The notes under the pieces: generated by a model
The model's database searches: none
Told to the model about the DNA's origin: nothing
Seen by the model: only the letters and a program-made list of their open reading frames with translations
Made by a program: the position numbers and the translations under genes
Part shown: positions 48,038-56,816 of the stretch, one piece after another
Layout of the letters: each line of letters starts with the position of its first letter
Position numbering within the stretch: the stretch's first letter is position 1
DNA from: Bacteroidetes bacterium UBA7692
GTDB taxonomy: Bacteria > Bacteroidota > Bacteroidia > Chitinophagales > LD1
Direction of reading: 5' to 3'
DNA: 64,000 nt
Assembly (NCBI GenBank): GCA_002482725.1
Contig: DLGO01000001.1
Location: 856 to 64,855, forward strand

Positions 48038-49381
48038 ATGAAGTACATTTTTTCAGCATGGCTGTTGGTGTTTTGCATCAGTGCGTTTTCTCAGTCGGGT
48101 CAATATATCAAAGATGGCCGCACCGGATGTATGGTTTGGAGCGACGAGCATGCGCCCGAAGACAGCATTAGGTGGAGCGGTGCTTGTAAGCAAGGCTACG
48201 CTTCAGGCCCGGGAGTGTTGGAGTGGTACCATGATAATAAGCTCGTAGTTACTTACAAAGGGAAAATGGAACACGGAAAGCTGAATGGTAAGGGCCGGTA
48301 TTACATTGTAGGGTACGCTACTTTCGATGGTAATTTTGTTGATGGTGCGCTGAACGGCAAAGGTGCTGCTTACTATAGCAACGGAGGGAAAACTATAGGC
48401 AATTTTGTAAATGGTGTTTTTTTGAATCTGGACAATAAGTATCTGAAACTGCTTAAAAAGCACTATGTAGCCATTAGCGATAGTACGGACATCTATGGCA
48501 ATGATGGCGATTGGGACAGGCTTTTCTATTATGCCCTTGTTCCCGGCAATACTATAAAAGCTGTGTTGGTGTTATTCCCTTCTACGGGCGAATCAGTTGA
48601 AAATGTTATAAGCTGCAACAAAGCATTGATGCAGCAGGCATACGACAATGGTATTTTATCGGTTGTGGTAAGCGCCAACTTCAATAAAACATTGGATAGC
48701 GATAAACCTGCCATGCGCTTTTTCGATACGGTTTTTAAAGAACTGCTTGCCAAATTCAATGCGCCGGAGAGCAAATTTGTTTTGTGCGGCCTTTCGCTGG
48801 GCGGTGAGAACGCACTGCAGTATACCGAAATGTCGAGGAACAGTAAATACAATACAGCTATTAAGCCATTGGCTACAATTGGTGTGGACCCACCTGTGGA
48901 TATGGTAGATTTATACTACCGCGCCGAAGAGCAGATCGTGGTGTATGAAAAGGAAGGTTCCAGTCTGTCGCAGAGCAAAAAACTGGCCTTGCAGGAGAAC
49001 TATTTTTTGATGGATTATTTTAAGAAATTGTACGGAGGCTCGCCAAAGGAATTTCCGGACAAATATGTAGAGGGTTCACAGTTTTCGAGAGACAGGGCAG
49101 ATGGTGGCAACGCTAAGTATTTGCTGGATGTGCCCGTAAGGCTGTATTGCGACCCCGATATAGTATGGCAGCTTAAAAATAAGGGCAGGGACTATTACCA
49201 CATGAACGCAGCCAGCCTTTCTGCCATGGCAAATTTTCTGATGCAGAACGGTAATACAAGGGCAGAGTTTATACCCGCGCTGGGCAAGGGCTACAGGGTT
49301 GATGGCGAACGGCATCCGCATTCGTGGTCTATTGTAGATCCAACCGACTGTATTAAATGGATTTTATCCCTCGTAAAATAA
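48038..49381 (+). CDS. secreted protein with N-terminal MORN-like repeats and a C-terminal alpha/beta-hydrolase-like domain
   Basis: 447 aa with a signal peptide. Repeats are of the type GKMEHGKLNGKGRYY / GNFVDGALNGKGAAYY / GNFVNG. A nucleophile-elbow-like LCGLSLGGENA is present. Confidence 0.6.
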   Translation: MKYIFSAWLLVFCISAFSQSGQYIKDGRTGCMVWSDEHAPEDSIRWSGACKQGYASGPGVLEWYHDNKLVVTYKGKMEHGKLNGKGRYYIVGYATFDGNFVDGALNGKGAAYYSNGGKTIGNFVNGVFLNLDNKYLKLLKKHYVAISDSTDIYGNDGDWDRLFYYALVPGNTIKAVLVLFPSTGESVENVISCNKALMQQAYDNGILSVVVSANFNKTLDSDKPAMRFFDTVFKELLAKFNAPESKFVLCGLSLGGENALQYTEMSRNSKYNTAIKPLATIGVDPPVDMVDLYYRAEEQIVVYEKEGSSLSQSKKLALQENYFLMDYFKKLYGGSPKEFPDKYVEGSQFSRDRADGGNAKYLLDVPVRLYCDPDIVWQLKNKGRDYYHMNAASLSAMANFLMQNGNTRAEFIPALGKGYRVDGERHPHSWSIVDPTDCIKWILSLVK

Positions 49382-49421
49382 GCTCGGGCAAAAATCTTAC
49401 TATCATAAAATAAAACCATTC

Positions 49422-50513
49422 ATGCAAATGCGCACATGTACCATAATTTCAATTTTAGCCTTTGTTGCTTCCTGTAGCGGGCAGCCCAATGCGGTGCTTC
49501 CAAAGGTGTCGGCTGAGCAGCAAACAGCCACCTACACAGCCCAATTGAAGCTATTGAAAACACAGGGGTCAACAGAGTCAGACAATGTTCATTGTGGCTT
49601 GCAGGACAAAACCGGCAATATATGGTTTGGCACAACGGGCGAGGGTGTCTATCGTTATGATGGCAGCACGTTTACCCAATTTACTGTAAAGGATGGCCTA
49701 AACAGCAACCGCGTATGGTCGCTGCTGGAAGACCGTGCCGGCAATATATGGATTGGTACCAATGCTGGCGTAAGCAGGTTCGATGGTAAGCATTTTAAGA
49801 GCATTCCGGTAGATACAACTTATGGCAATGATATGTATCCGAGCGTTGCGCCCGACCACAACCCGCAAGTGGGTAACGAGGTGTTCAGCATGATGCAGGA
49901 TAAAAGCGGAATAATCTGGTTGGGGACTACTGAAGGGGTGTATTGCTTTAACGGCAAATCTTTCAGCCAGTTTTCAGCCGATACCGGTGTTGTAAATAAG
50001 GGTGGGCTAAACCTGAAAAGTGTACAATGTTTGTTACAGGATAACAAGGGTAATATATGGTTTGGCTCCGGCCCTTTGGCCTTTGAAGGTATTGCCATGT
50101 ACGATGGCAAATCCCTTCTAAATTTTAAACCCAAAGATGAAACGTGGATCCGGAATATGTTTCAGGATAAGAACGGAGATATATTGTTTGGCACAAGGCA
50201 CTATGGCACATGCCGCTACAATGGCGGTGGCTTTACTTTTGTTACGGAGAAAGGTGTTGGCAATGCAATGCTGCAGGACAAAGCGGGCAATATTTGGTTT
50301 GGAGGTGGCGAAAAACTGAATACAGTGGAAAGCGAAGATGGCATCTGGTGTTACGATGGCAAATCGTATAAAAACTTCAGCACTAAGGATGGCTTGGGTA
50401 TATATGCCGTGTACGTCTTTTTGGAGGACCGTGCCGGCAATATCTGGATAGGTACCCGCAACAACAGACTGTACCGTTACGATGGTAAAAGCTTTAGCTC
50501 TTTTTCTGAATAG
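49422..50513 (+). CDS. stand-alone two-component-regulator propeller (Reg_prop) repeat lipoprotein
   Basis: 363 aa. The signal peptide plus lipobox is ILAFVASCSG. At least seven repeats of the D(K/R)xGNIWFGTxxGVxRYDGKxF type are present. There is no TM, kinase or DNA-binding domain. Confidence 0.8.
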   Translation: MQMRTCTIISILAFVASCSGQPNAVLPKVSAEQQTATYTAQLKLLKTQGSTESDNVHCGLQDKTGNIWFGTTGEGVYRYDGSTFTQFTVKDGLNSNRVWSLLEDRAGNIWIGTNAGVSRFDGKHFKSIPVDTTYGNDMYPSVAPDHNPQVGNEVFSMMQDKSGIIWLGTTEGVYCFNGKSFSQFSADTGVVNKGGLNLKSVQCLLQDNKGNIWFGSGPLAFEGIAMYDGKSLLNFKPKDETWIRNMFQDKNGDILFGTRHYGTCRYNGGGFTFVTEKGVGNAMLQDKAGNIWFGGGEKLNTVESEDGIWCYDGKSYKNFSTKDGLGIYAVYVFLEDRAGNIWIGTRNNRLYRYDGKSFSSFSE

Positions 50514-50803
50514 GATGTCCTTGCGGTAATTTAAATATTGAATAAATGAGTTCGCTTTGTGCCTGACAGGCAAGCGACATAGCAGTTATTTCAGTCAAGG
50601 GTAATGTGCTATAGCTTAGTTTGGTGGGGTGGATGCGTACTGCTTTGCTGAGATTATGAATATCCCATTATAAGCAATAAAGTTCCCTTGTTGGGATGCC
50701 GCATAAATATGGTTTCAAGTTGCTTTTCAGCGTGGTATATGTCAACCGGGTTTGTGGCATAGGTTATGCAACAGAAGGATGTTTGCTGACCAAATTAAAT
50801 ATT

Positions 50804-51289
50804 ATGAGAACCACAAAAGTTAATGTGCTGATAGTGGAAGACTGCAGTGCAGAGCTTCTTCTTTTTAAATTAGCGCTGAAGGATTCCCGCCTTGTGCACT
50901 TCATTTCGCTTATTGTTGCGCGCAATGGTTCAGAGGCAATTGACCTGCTTATTCAAAAAGAAAGGGATAAAGAATGTATTGATTTGATGCTGATGAATAT
51001 TAACCTGCCTATGTTGTCGGGTACAGATGTGTTACGCAAAGTGAGGTCACAGAATATGCCCTCTCTGCAGGTATTCATTATAAGCAACTCGGGTAACGAT
51101 TCGGATATCAGCGACTGTTACGAACTGGGTGCAAATGCTTATATACAAAAACCAATAGATTATGACCACCTCGTTGATTTCTGTTCCCTAATAAAGCATT
51201 GCATACAAACGCATGGTTTGGTGGATATAGCATTGATGGAAGAGGAATTAGGTGTCGGGCTTATGAAAGCCGGACATTACAGGTACTAG
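50804..51289 (+). CDS. single-domain response-regulator receiver protein with an atypical Asn at the phospho-acceptor position
   Basis: The ATG at 50804 gives MRTTKVNVLIVEDC.... The receiver fold markers ED pair, FIISNS and YIQKP are present, but the expected LLD(I/L)N(M/L)P reads LMNINLP. Confidence 0.75.
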   Translation: MRTTKVNVLIVEDCSAELLLFKLALKDSRLVHFISLIVARNGSEAIDLLIQKERDKECIDLMLMNINLPMLSGTDVLRKVRSQNMPSLQVFIISNSGNDSDISDCYELGANAYIQKPIDYDHLVDFCSLIKHCIQTHGLVDIALMEEELGVGLMKAGHYRY

Positions 51290-51371
51290 GATTTTCCCGT
51301 CACAACCCTTGCGGGAAGAAACACTGGTAAGTCGCCAATAAAGAAATTACAAAGCTCTTAAAGCTACCCTA

Positions 51372-51719
51372 TCAGGTAAGCTCGTTTTTACCGTTTACGT
51401 GTATAGTAACAGGCACGTGTGTTTTATACTCTTCCGGCGTCATTTGTGCGTACGATATCACTATTATGATGTCACCCAAAGCCACTTTGCGCGCTGCAGG
51501 CCCGTTCATGCACATAATACCGCTACCCCTTTCTCCGCGTATAACGTAAGTCTCCAAACGCTCACCATTGTTCACATTTACTATTTGTACCTTTTCATGC
51601 TCCACCAGGTTGGCAGCTTCCATCAGGTTCTCATCTATGGTTATGGAACCGATATAGTTAAGGTCCGCTTGTGTAACAGTGGCGCGGTGTATTTTCGACT
51701 TGTAGACTGTAATTAACAT
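51372..51719 (-). CDS. panD: aspartate 1-decarboxylase
   Basis: The start is taken at [29 protein letters not shown], which includes the Gly-Ser self-cleavage site. The listed ORF extends 15 codons further upstream. Confidence 0.9.
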   Translation of the reverse strand: MLITVYKSKIHRATVTQADLNYIGSITIDENLMEAANLVEHEKVQIVNVNNGERLETYVIRGERGSGIMCMNGPAARKVALGDIIIVISYAQMTPEEYKTHVPVTIHVNGKNELT

Positions 51720-51806
51720 AGGGTGCGAAAGTATTAGTTTTATACAATGCAGCAAACGCTTCAAACTTTATTTATGAATTAGCTCCAGCGCAATTTCTGT
51801 AGTTTC

Positions 51807-52664
51807 CTATGCCCTGTGCGGTATTATCAGGTTGTCTATCAACCTTACACCCCCTGTTTTTGCAGCTATCAGTACTACAGCTTTCCTGTCAAATGCCTTT
51901 AGGGGTTTTAGTGTCTTGGCATCACGTATTTCCAGGTACTCAGTTTCTATGGCCTTAACTTTTGCCAGATGGTCCAGCGCCTTTCTGCGCACTTGTGCTA
52001 CAGTTAGCGTACCTTCTTTCAGCAGTTTGCGGGCCAGCTTCAGGCTTTTGCTCAACTCAAGTGCTGTTTCCAGCCCTTGTGCATCCAGCCTTGTATTGCG
52101 CGAGCTCATGGCCAGGCCGCTCTTTTCGCGTTTGGTGGGGCTTGCTACCAACTTGGTTTTCAGGTCTTTCTTTTTAATCAGTTCCCCTACTATCAGCTGT
52201 TGCTGGTAATCCTTCAGGCCCATGTACAGCTTATCTGGCTGCACTATGCGCAGCAGCTTTTCTACTATCTGCGCCATGCCGTCGAAGTGGCCCGGGCGGA
52301 ACTCGCCCTCCAGTGTTTCGGCCATGTAGCCAAAGTCTACCGGCTCGGGATTGCCAAATCCATCGGGATACATTTCCTTAACATTAGGGGCAAAAAGCAG
52401 ATCGCATTTTACTGCTTTCAGCAGTTTAGAGTCGTTTTCTAGGGTGGCAGGGTACTTGTCGAAGTCCTTTTTGTCGTTAAACTGGGTCGGATTAACAAAA
52501 ATACTAACGATAACTACATCATTTTGAGCCTTTGCCTTCTCTACAAGGGCTATGTGCCCGGCATGCAGCGCACCCATGGTTGGCACGAAGCCTATTTTTT
52601 TTTGCCTAACTTTTAACTTAGACATTTGTTTTTCAATCTCTTGTATATTATTTATGGTTATCAT
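51807..52664 (-). CDS. panC: pantoate--beta-alanine ligase
   Basis: 285 aa. PTMGALHAGH, FVNPTQF, and SSRN match PanC motifs. Confidence 0.95.
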   Translation of the reverse strand: MITINNIQEIEKQMSKLKVRQKKIGFVPTMGALHAGHIALVEKAKAQNDVVIVSIFVNPTQFNDKKDFDKYPATLENDSKLLKAVKCDLLFAPNVKEMYPDGFGNPEPVDFGYMAETLEGEFRPGHFDGMAQIVEKLLRIVQPDKLYMGLKDYQQQLIVGELIKKKDLKTKLVASPTKREKSGLAMSSRNTRLDAQGLETALELSKSLKLARKLLKEGTLTVAQVRRKALDHLAKVKAIETEYLEIRDAKTLKPLKAFDRKAVVLIAAKTGGVRLIDNLIIPHRA

Positions 52665-52782
52665 TTATGCCTTGTGTTAAACTTAATAGTAAGTTTCCTT
52701 TGGTTTTATTCGAATTTTTATTAGTATCTTTGCATTCCGCTTCAAAAAAGTTCTTATTTCTTTAACTAAACAAGTTTTTAAA

Positions 52783-53592
52783 ATGGAAAAAAAGAGAATT
52801 CTGATTGTAACCCAGGAAATGGACCCTTACATTAACCTCACAGAAGCTTCCAAGATAATAAATGAGTTGCCTAAATATATGCTGGAAAATGGTAACGAAA
52901 TTCGTGTTTTGATGCCAAAATTCGGCAACATCAACGAAAGACGCCATCGCCTGCACGAAGTAGTTCGCTTATCCGGCATCAATGTTATAATAAATGACGA
53001 AGATTATCCGTTGGTTATCAAGGTAGCTTCTCTACCGGGCGCACGCCTACAGGTCTATTTTCTAGACAATGAGGACTTCTTTAAGCGTAAAGCTGTATTC
53101 GAAGATGAGCAAAACAACTTCTACGAAGACAATAGCGACCGTATGATCTTCTTCTGTAAAGGTGCTTTGGAAACAGTACGTAAATTTGGCTGGGCTCCGG
53201 ATATTATCCATTGCGCAGGCTGGATGACAAGTCTTATACCTATGTACCTGAAAACTACATACAAAGACGATCCTGTTTTTGCTAACGCAAAGGTGGTGTA
53301 CACTATGTACAACAACGATTTTCCTTCTACATTGAAAGAGAACTTCGCTGACCAGCTTAAAATAAGCGACGAGATTACTACTAAACACGTGGATTTCTTT
53401 AAGCAAGGCGACAATACAAGCCTGCTTATCGGCGCTTCGGAATTTGCTGATGCACTGGTAGTGGACGATATGTTGGACGACAAGGTTCAGAAGTTGATCA
53501 AGAAGACCAAAAAACCTACATTGAACATGAACCTGGGTACAGGCAATGTGGAGCAGCTGGATACCTTCTTCAAAAACATAATGGCCAATTAA
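52783..53592 (+). CDS. glycogen/starch synthase-like protein (GT5 N-terminal domain only, about 270 aa)
   Basis: 269 aa. KILIVTQEMDPY...LPKYM...G.EIRVLMPKFG...PDIIHCAGWMTSLIP resembles the N-terminal half of GlgA. No C-terminal GT-B half is encoded. Confidence 0.7.
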   Translation: MEKKRILIVTQEMDPYINLTEASKIINELPKYMLENGNEIRVLMPKFGNINERRHRLHEVVRLSGINVIINDEDYPLVIKVASLPGARLQVYFLDNEDFFKRKAVFEDEQNNFYEDNSDRMIFFCKGALETVRKFGWAPDIIHCAGWMTSLIPMYLKTTYKDDPVFANAKVVYTMYNNDFPSTLKENFADQLKISDEITTKHVDFFKQGDNTSLLIGASEFADALVVDDMLDDKVQKLIKKTKKPTLNMNLGTGNVEQLDTFFKNIMAN

Positions 53593-53669
53593 GAATAAAA
53601 CAACTCTGCGCGCCTGTAGCCAAAAATAATTTTGGTACTATTGCGTTTCATCGGCAGAATAAACTAAGC

Positions 53670-54965
53670 GTGTCTAAATTGAATTTAAAATCAATACTTG
53701 CAGCGAGCGTAATGCTTGCTGCAATTTTTTTTGTTGAAGGTTGCAAAGAGCCTACTATCGAAAACTCAACGCTCCTTACTTCGGACGATGAGTTGGTACT
53801 CGGCACGGCCGATACCCTTTCTATTTTTACAAGGCTGCTGAAAGAGGATCCGCAGATAACCAGTGGTGCCACTACAGGTATCCTGGGTAGTATCTCAGAT
53901 CCCGTATTTGGCACAACAGCGGTAAGCTTTTCTTCCCAGTTTCGCCTGAATACCAATAATATATCTTTTGGTACAGGGCTTGCCCTGGACTCCTGCGTAT
54001 TGTCTTTAAGCTATAAATCGCTATACGCCAACTTTACCCAGCCGGTTAATCTTAGTGTGTATGAGCTTTCAGAGGCATTGAATGTATCCTCTGTTTATTA
54101 TAGCAATTCATCCGTAGCTATAGCTACTCCACCGGTAGGCAAGGTAAATGGTTATAAGCCCAATTTTAAAGATAGCTCCTATGTATATGGCGAAGTGTTC
54201 AAGCCGCAGCTTAGGGTACGCCTTAGCAATGACTTTGGTAACAAAATATTATTAGCAGATTCGCTGACTTTGTCAGACAATGGCAAATTCCTTAATCTGA
54301 TTAAGGGTCTCCAAATCAAAGCAGAGCCTGTTGCTAATGGCGATGGCCTTGTAGGATTCGATCTCAGGAGCGCAGAAACCAGAATAACACTATACTATAG
54401 AAACAGTGCCAATGACTCATTAAAGTTGGATATACCTATTGGCAGCGCCTCACAAAGCATCAACCATTTTGCCAATAATTTTTCGCCTACGGTTAACTCT
54501 GTATTGAACAATGACCCATTGGCCAATGATACCGTGCTTCCTGTTTCTGCCTCTGCCGGTACCAAGGTGAAAATCAGTATACCCCAGCTGGATTCACTGC
54601 CTCCTAACATTGCTATCAATAAGGCAGATCTGATCGTGCCTCTTTCTGCTTTTTACAGCATGTACGACACTACTTTCCTTCCGCCAACTACCATGAAATT
54701 ATACCGGGTAAATTCTTTGGGCGTAGAGCAGGATAGCCTGAATGTGACCGATCAGAATATTCAACAAAAAAATATTAATGGAGTCCTTACCGTTGTATAT
54801 AGATTTAATGTTACATTGTTCGTTCAAAAGTTATTGAATAAACAGGAAAAAAACTACGGGTTTGTGCTTAAAGCACCGGTTATAGATGGCAGAAGGGTAT
54901 GCCTTAGCAATACCACAGCGCCTGCCGGTAGAATAGCATGTAGGATTATTTACACCAAGTTATAG
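53670..54965 (+). CDS. DUF4270 family lipoprotein
   Basis: 431 aa with a GTG start. The signal peptide plus lipobox is AAIFFVEGC. The position between the short glgA-like gene and glmS matches the conserved Bacteroidota neighbourhood as I recall it. Confidence 0.65.
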   Translation: MSKLNLKSILAASVMLAAIFFVEGCKEPTIENSTLLTSDDELVLGTADTLSIFTRLLKEDPQITSGATTGILGSISDPVFGTTAVSFSSQFRLNTNNISFGTGLALDSCVLSLSYKSLYANFTQPVNLSVYELSEALNVSSVYYSNSSVAIATPPVGKVNGYKPNFKDSSYVYGEVFKPQLRVRLSNDFGNKILLADSLTLSDNGKFLNLIKGLQIKAEPVANGDGLVGFDLRSAETRITLYYRNSANDSLKLDIPIGSASQSINHFANNFSPTVNSVLNNDPLANDTVLPVSASAGTKVKISIPQLDSLPPNIAINKADLIVPLSAFYSMYDTTFLPPTTMKLYRVNSLGVEQDSLNVTDQNIQQKNINGVLTVVYRFNVTLFVQKLLNKQEKNYGFVLKAPVIDGRRVCLSNTTAPAGRIACRIIYTKL

Positions 54966-54973
54966 AATAGAAT

Positions 54974-56809
54974 ATGTGTGGAATTGTAGCTTATATAGGT
55001 GGCCGAGAGGCTTATCCTATACTTATCAAAGGCCTTAAACGTCTTGAATACAGAGGTTATGATAGTGCCGGTGTGGCATTGTTGAACAATGGCTTGAACG
55101 TGTATAAGAAGAAAGGAAAGGTGGCTGACCTGGAAGAAGCTACAGAGGGCAAGGATACGCACTCTCATCTAGGCATGGGGCATACCCGATGGGCCACCCA
55201 CGGCGAACCCAATGATGCCAACTCACATCCGCACCTTTCGCAAAGCGGCGATATTGCTATTATACATAATGGTATTATAGAGAACTATGGTACGCTGAAA
55301 GAAGAGTTGACCAATCGTGGGCATCATTTCAAAAGCGATACAGATACAGAGGTGCTGGTACACCTGATAGAGGAGATAAAGGAAAAGACAAATACTTCAC
55401 TGGAAGAGGCTGTAAGGCTTGCCTTGAATGAAGTGATAGGTGCCTATGCCATAGTGATAATATCTAAAGAAGATCCTACCCAAATGATAGGTGCCCGTAA
55501 GGGTAGCCCATTGGTAGTAGGTATCGGCGAAAATGAGTATTTCATGGCGAGCGATGCTACACCTATCATCGAGTATACGCGCAAAGTAAGCTATCTGGAA
55601 GATGGTGAAATTGCCTACATCAAGAATGGTGAGCTGAACGTGCGTAACATTGCAAACGAAGAGGTATCCCCTTTCATTCAGCAATTGGAAATGAACCTGG
55701 AAGCAATAGAGAAGGGCGGCTATCCGCACTTTATGCTGAAAGAAATACATGAGCAGCCACGCTCTATATTCGATAGCATCCGCGGTCGTTTCGACCCAAA
55801 GACAGGTGAATTTGCCATGCGCAGCCTGAAAGAGTATGAGCATAAGATCAAAAACCTGAACAGGATATTGATAGTAGGCTGTGGTACATCATGGCATGCC
55901 GGCCTGGTAGGTGAATACCTTTTCGAAGACCTGGCAAGAATACCGGTAGAAGTCGAATACGCCAGCGAATTCCGCTATCGTAACCCAATTATAAATGAAG
56001 ATGATTTGGTAATCGCCATCTCTCAAAGTGGTGAAACAGCAGATACGCTGGAGGCTATGCGTATAGCTAAGGAACACGGTGCTACCGTATTTGGACTGTG
56101 TAATGTAGTAGGCTCTTCCATACCAAGGTTAAGCCATGCAGGTGCATATACCCACGCAGGGCCTGAAATAGGTGTGGCCAGTACCAAAGCATTTACCAGC
56201 CAGGTCGCCGTACTTACGTTGCTGGCATTGGCATTTGGTGAACTTCGCGGCAAAATTTCCAAGCAAGACCTTCGCTTGTCTATGGCAGAGCTGGAGACAA
56301 TCCCGGAAAAGGCCGCAAGCCTGTTGAAATATGAGCCGCAAATAGTGCAGATAGCTGAAAAATTCCAGCATGCCCAAAACTTCCTTTTCCTTGGTCGTGG
56401 TTATGGTTTTCCGGTGGCACTGGAAGGAGCGTTAAAATTGAAAGAGATTTCCTACATACATGCCGAGGGATATCCTGCGGCAGAAATGAAGCATGGTCCT
56501 ATCGCTTTGATAGATGACCAGATGCCTGTAGTGGTTATTGCCACCAAAAGCGTAAACTACGACAAGGTAGTAAGCAACATACAGGAGGTGAAAGCCCGCA
56601 AAGGTATCGTGATAGCAATAGTAACAGAGGGTGATACTAAAGTAAAGGCTATGGTGGATTACGCTATAGAAATTCCTTTGGTAAGCGATTTCCTTGAGCC
56701 GCTTTTGTCTACTATACCATTGCAGTTATTGTCATACCACATAGCGGTGTTGCGTAATTGTAATGTAGACCAGCCAAGGAATTTAGCTAAAAGTGTTACG
56801 GTAGAATAG
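54974..56809 (+). CDS. glmS: glutamine--fructose-6-phosphate aminotransferase
   Basis: 611 aa. It has the N-terminal MCGIVAY (Ntn Cys), two SIS domains (GCGTSWHAG, SQSGETADT) and the C-terminal KSVTVE. Confidence 0.95.
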   Translation: MCGIVAYIGGREAYPILIKGLKRLEYRGYDSAGVALLNNGLNVYKKKGKVADLEEATEGKDTHSHLGMGHTRWATHGEPNDANSHPHLSQSGDIAIIHNGIIENYGTLKEELTNRGHHFKSDTDTEVLVHLIEEIKEKTNTSLEEAVRLALNEVIGAYAIVIISKEDPTQMIGARKGSPLVVGIGENEYFMASDATPIIEYTRKVSYLEDGEIAYIKNGELNVRNIANEEVSPFIQQLEMNLEAIEKGGYPHFMLKEIHEQPRSIFDSIRGRFDPKTGEFAMRSLKEYEHKIKNLNRILIVGCGTSWHAGLVGEYLFEDLARIPVEVEYASEFRYRNPIINEDDLVIAISQSGETADTLEAMRIAKEHGATVFGLCNVVGSSIPRLSHAGAYTHAGPEIGVASTKAFTSQVAVLTLLALAFGELRGKISKQDLRLSMAELETIPEKAASLLKYEPQIVQIAEKFQHAQNFLFLGRGYGFPVALEGALKLKEISYIHAEGYPAAEMKHGPIALIDDQMPVVVIATKSVNYDKVVSNIQEVKARKGIVIAIVTEGDTKVKAMVDYAIEIPLVSDFLEPLLSTIPLQLLSYHIAVLRNCNVDQPRNLAKSVTVE

Positions 56810-56816
56810 AGAGTTT

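Noticed and set aside
50541-50576. Hairpin CGCTT-TG-TGCCT GAC AGGCA-AGCG after the Reg_prop gene as a terminator
   Set aside because: The stem is bulged and only 10 bp, and no U-run follows. The evidence is too weak to call.
50590-50660. tRNA-like fragment (GCTATAGCTTAGTTTGGT resembles a D-arm)
   Set aside because: There is no matching acceptor stem, no anticodon arm and no GGTTCGAATCC-type T-arm. I found no convincing tRNA anywhere in the window.
54966-54973. glmS ribozyme upstream of glmS
   Set aside because: Only 8 nt separate glmS from the preceding DUF4270 gene, so there is no room for a ~170-nt ribozyme. That element is also typical of Firmicutes.
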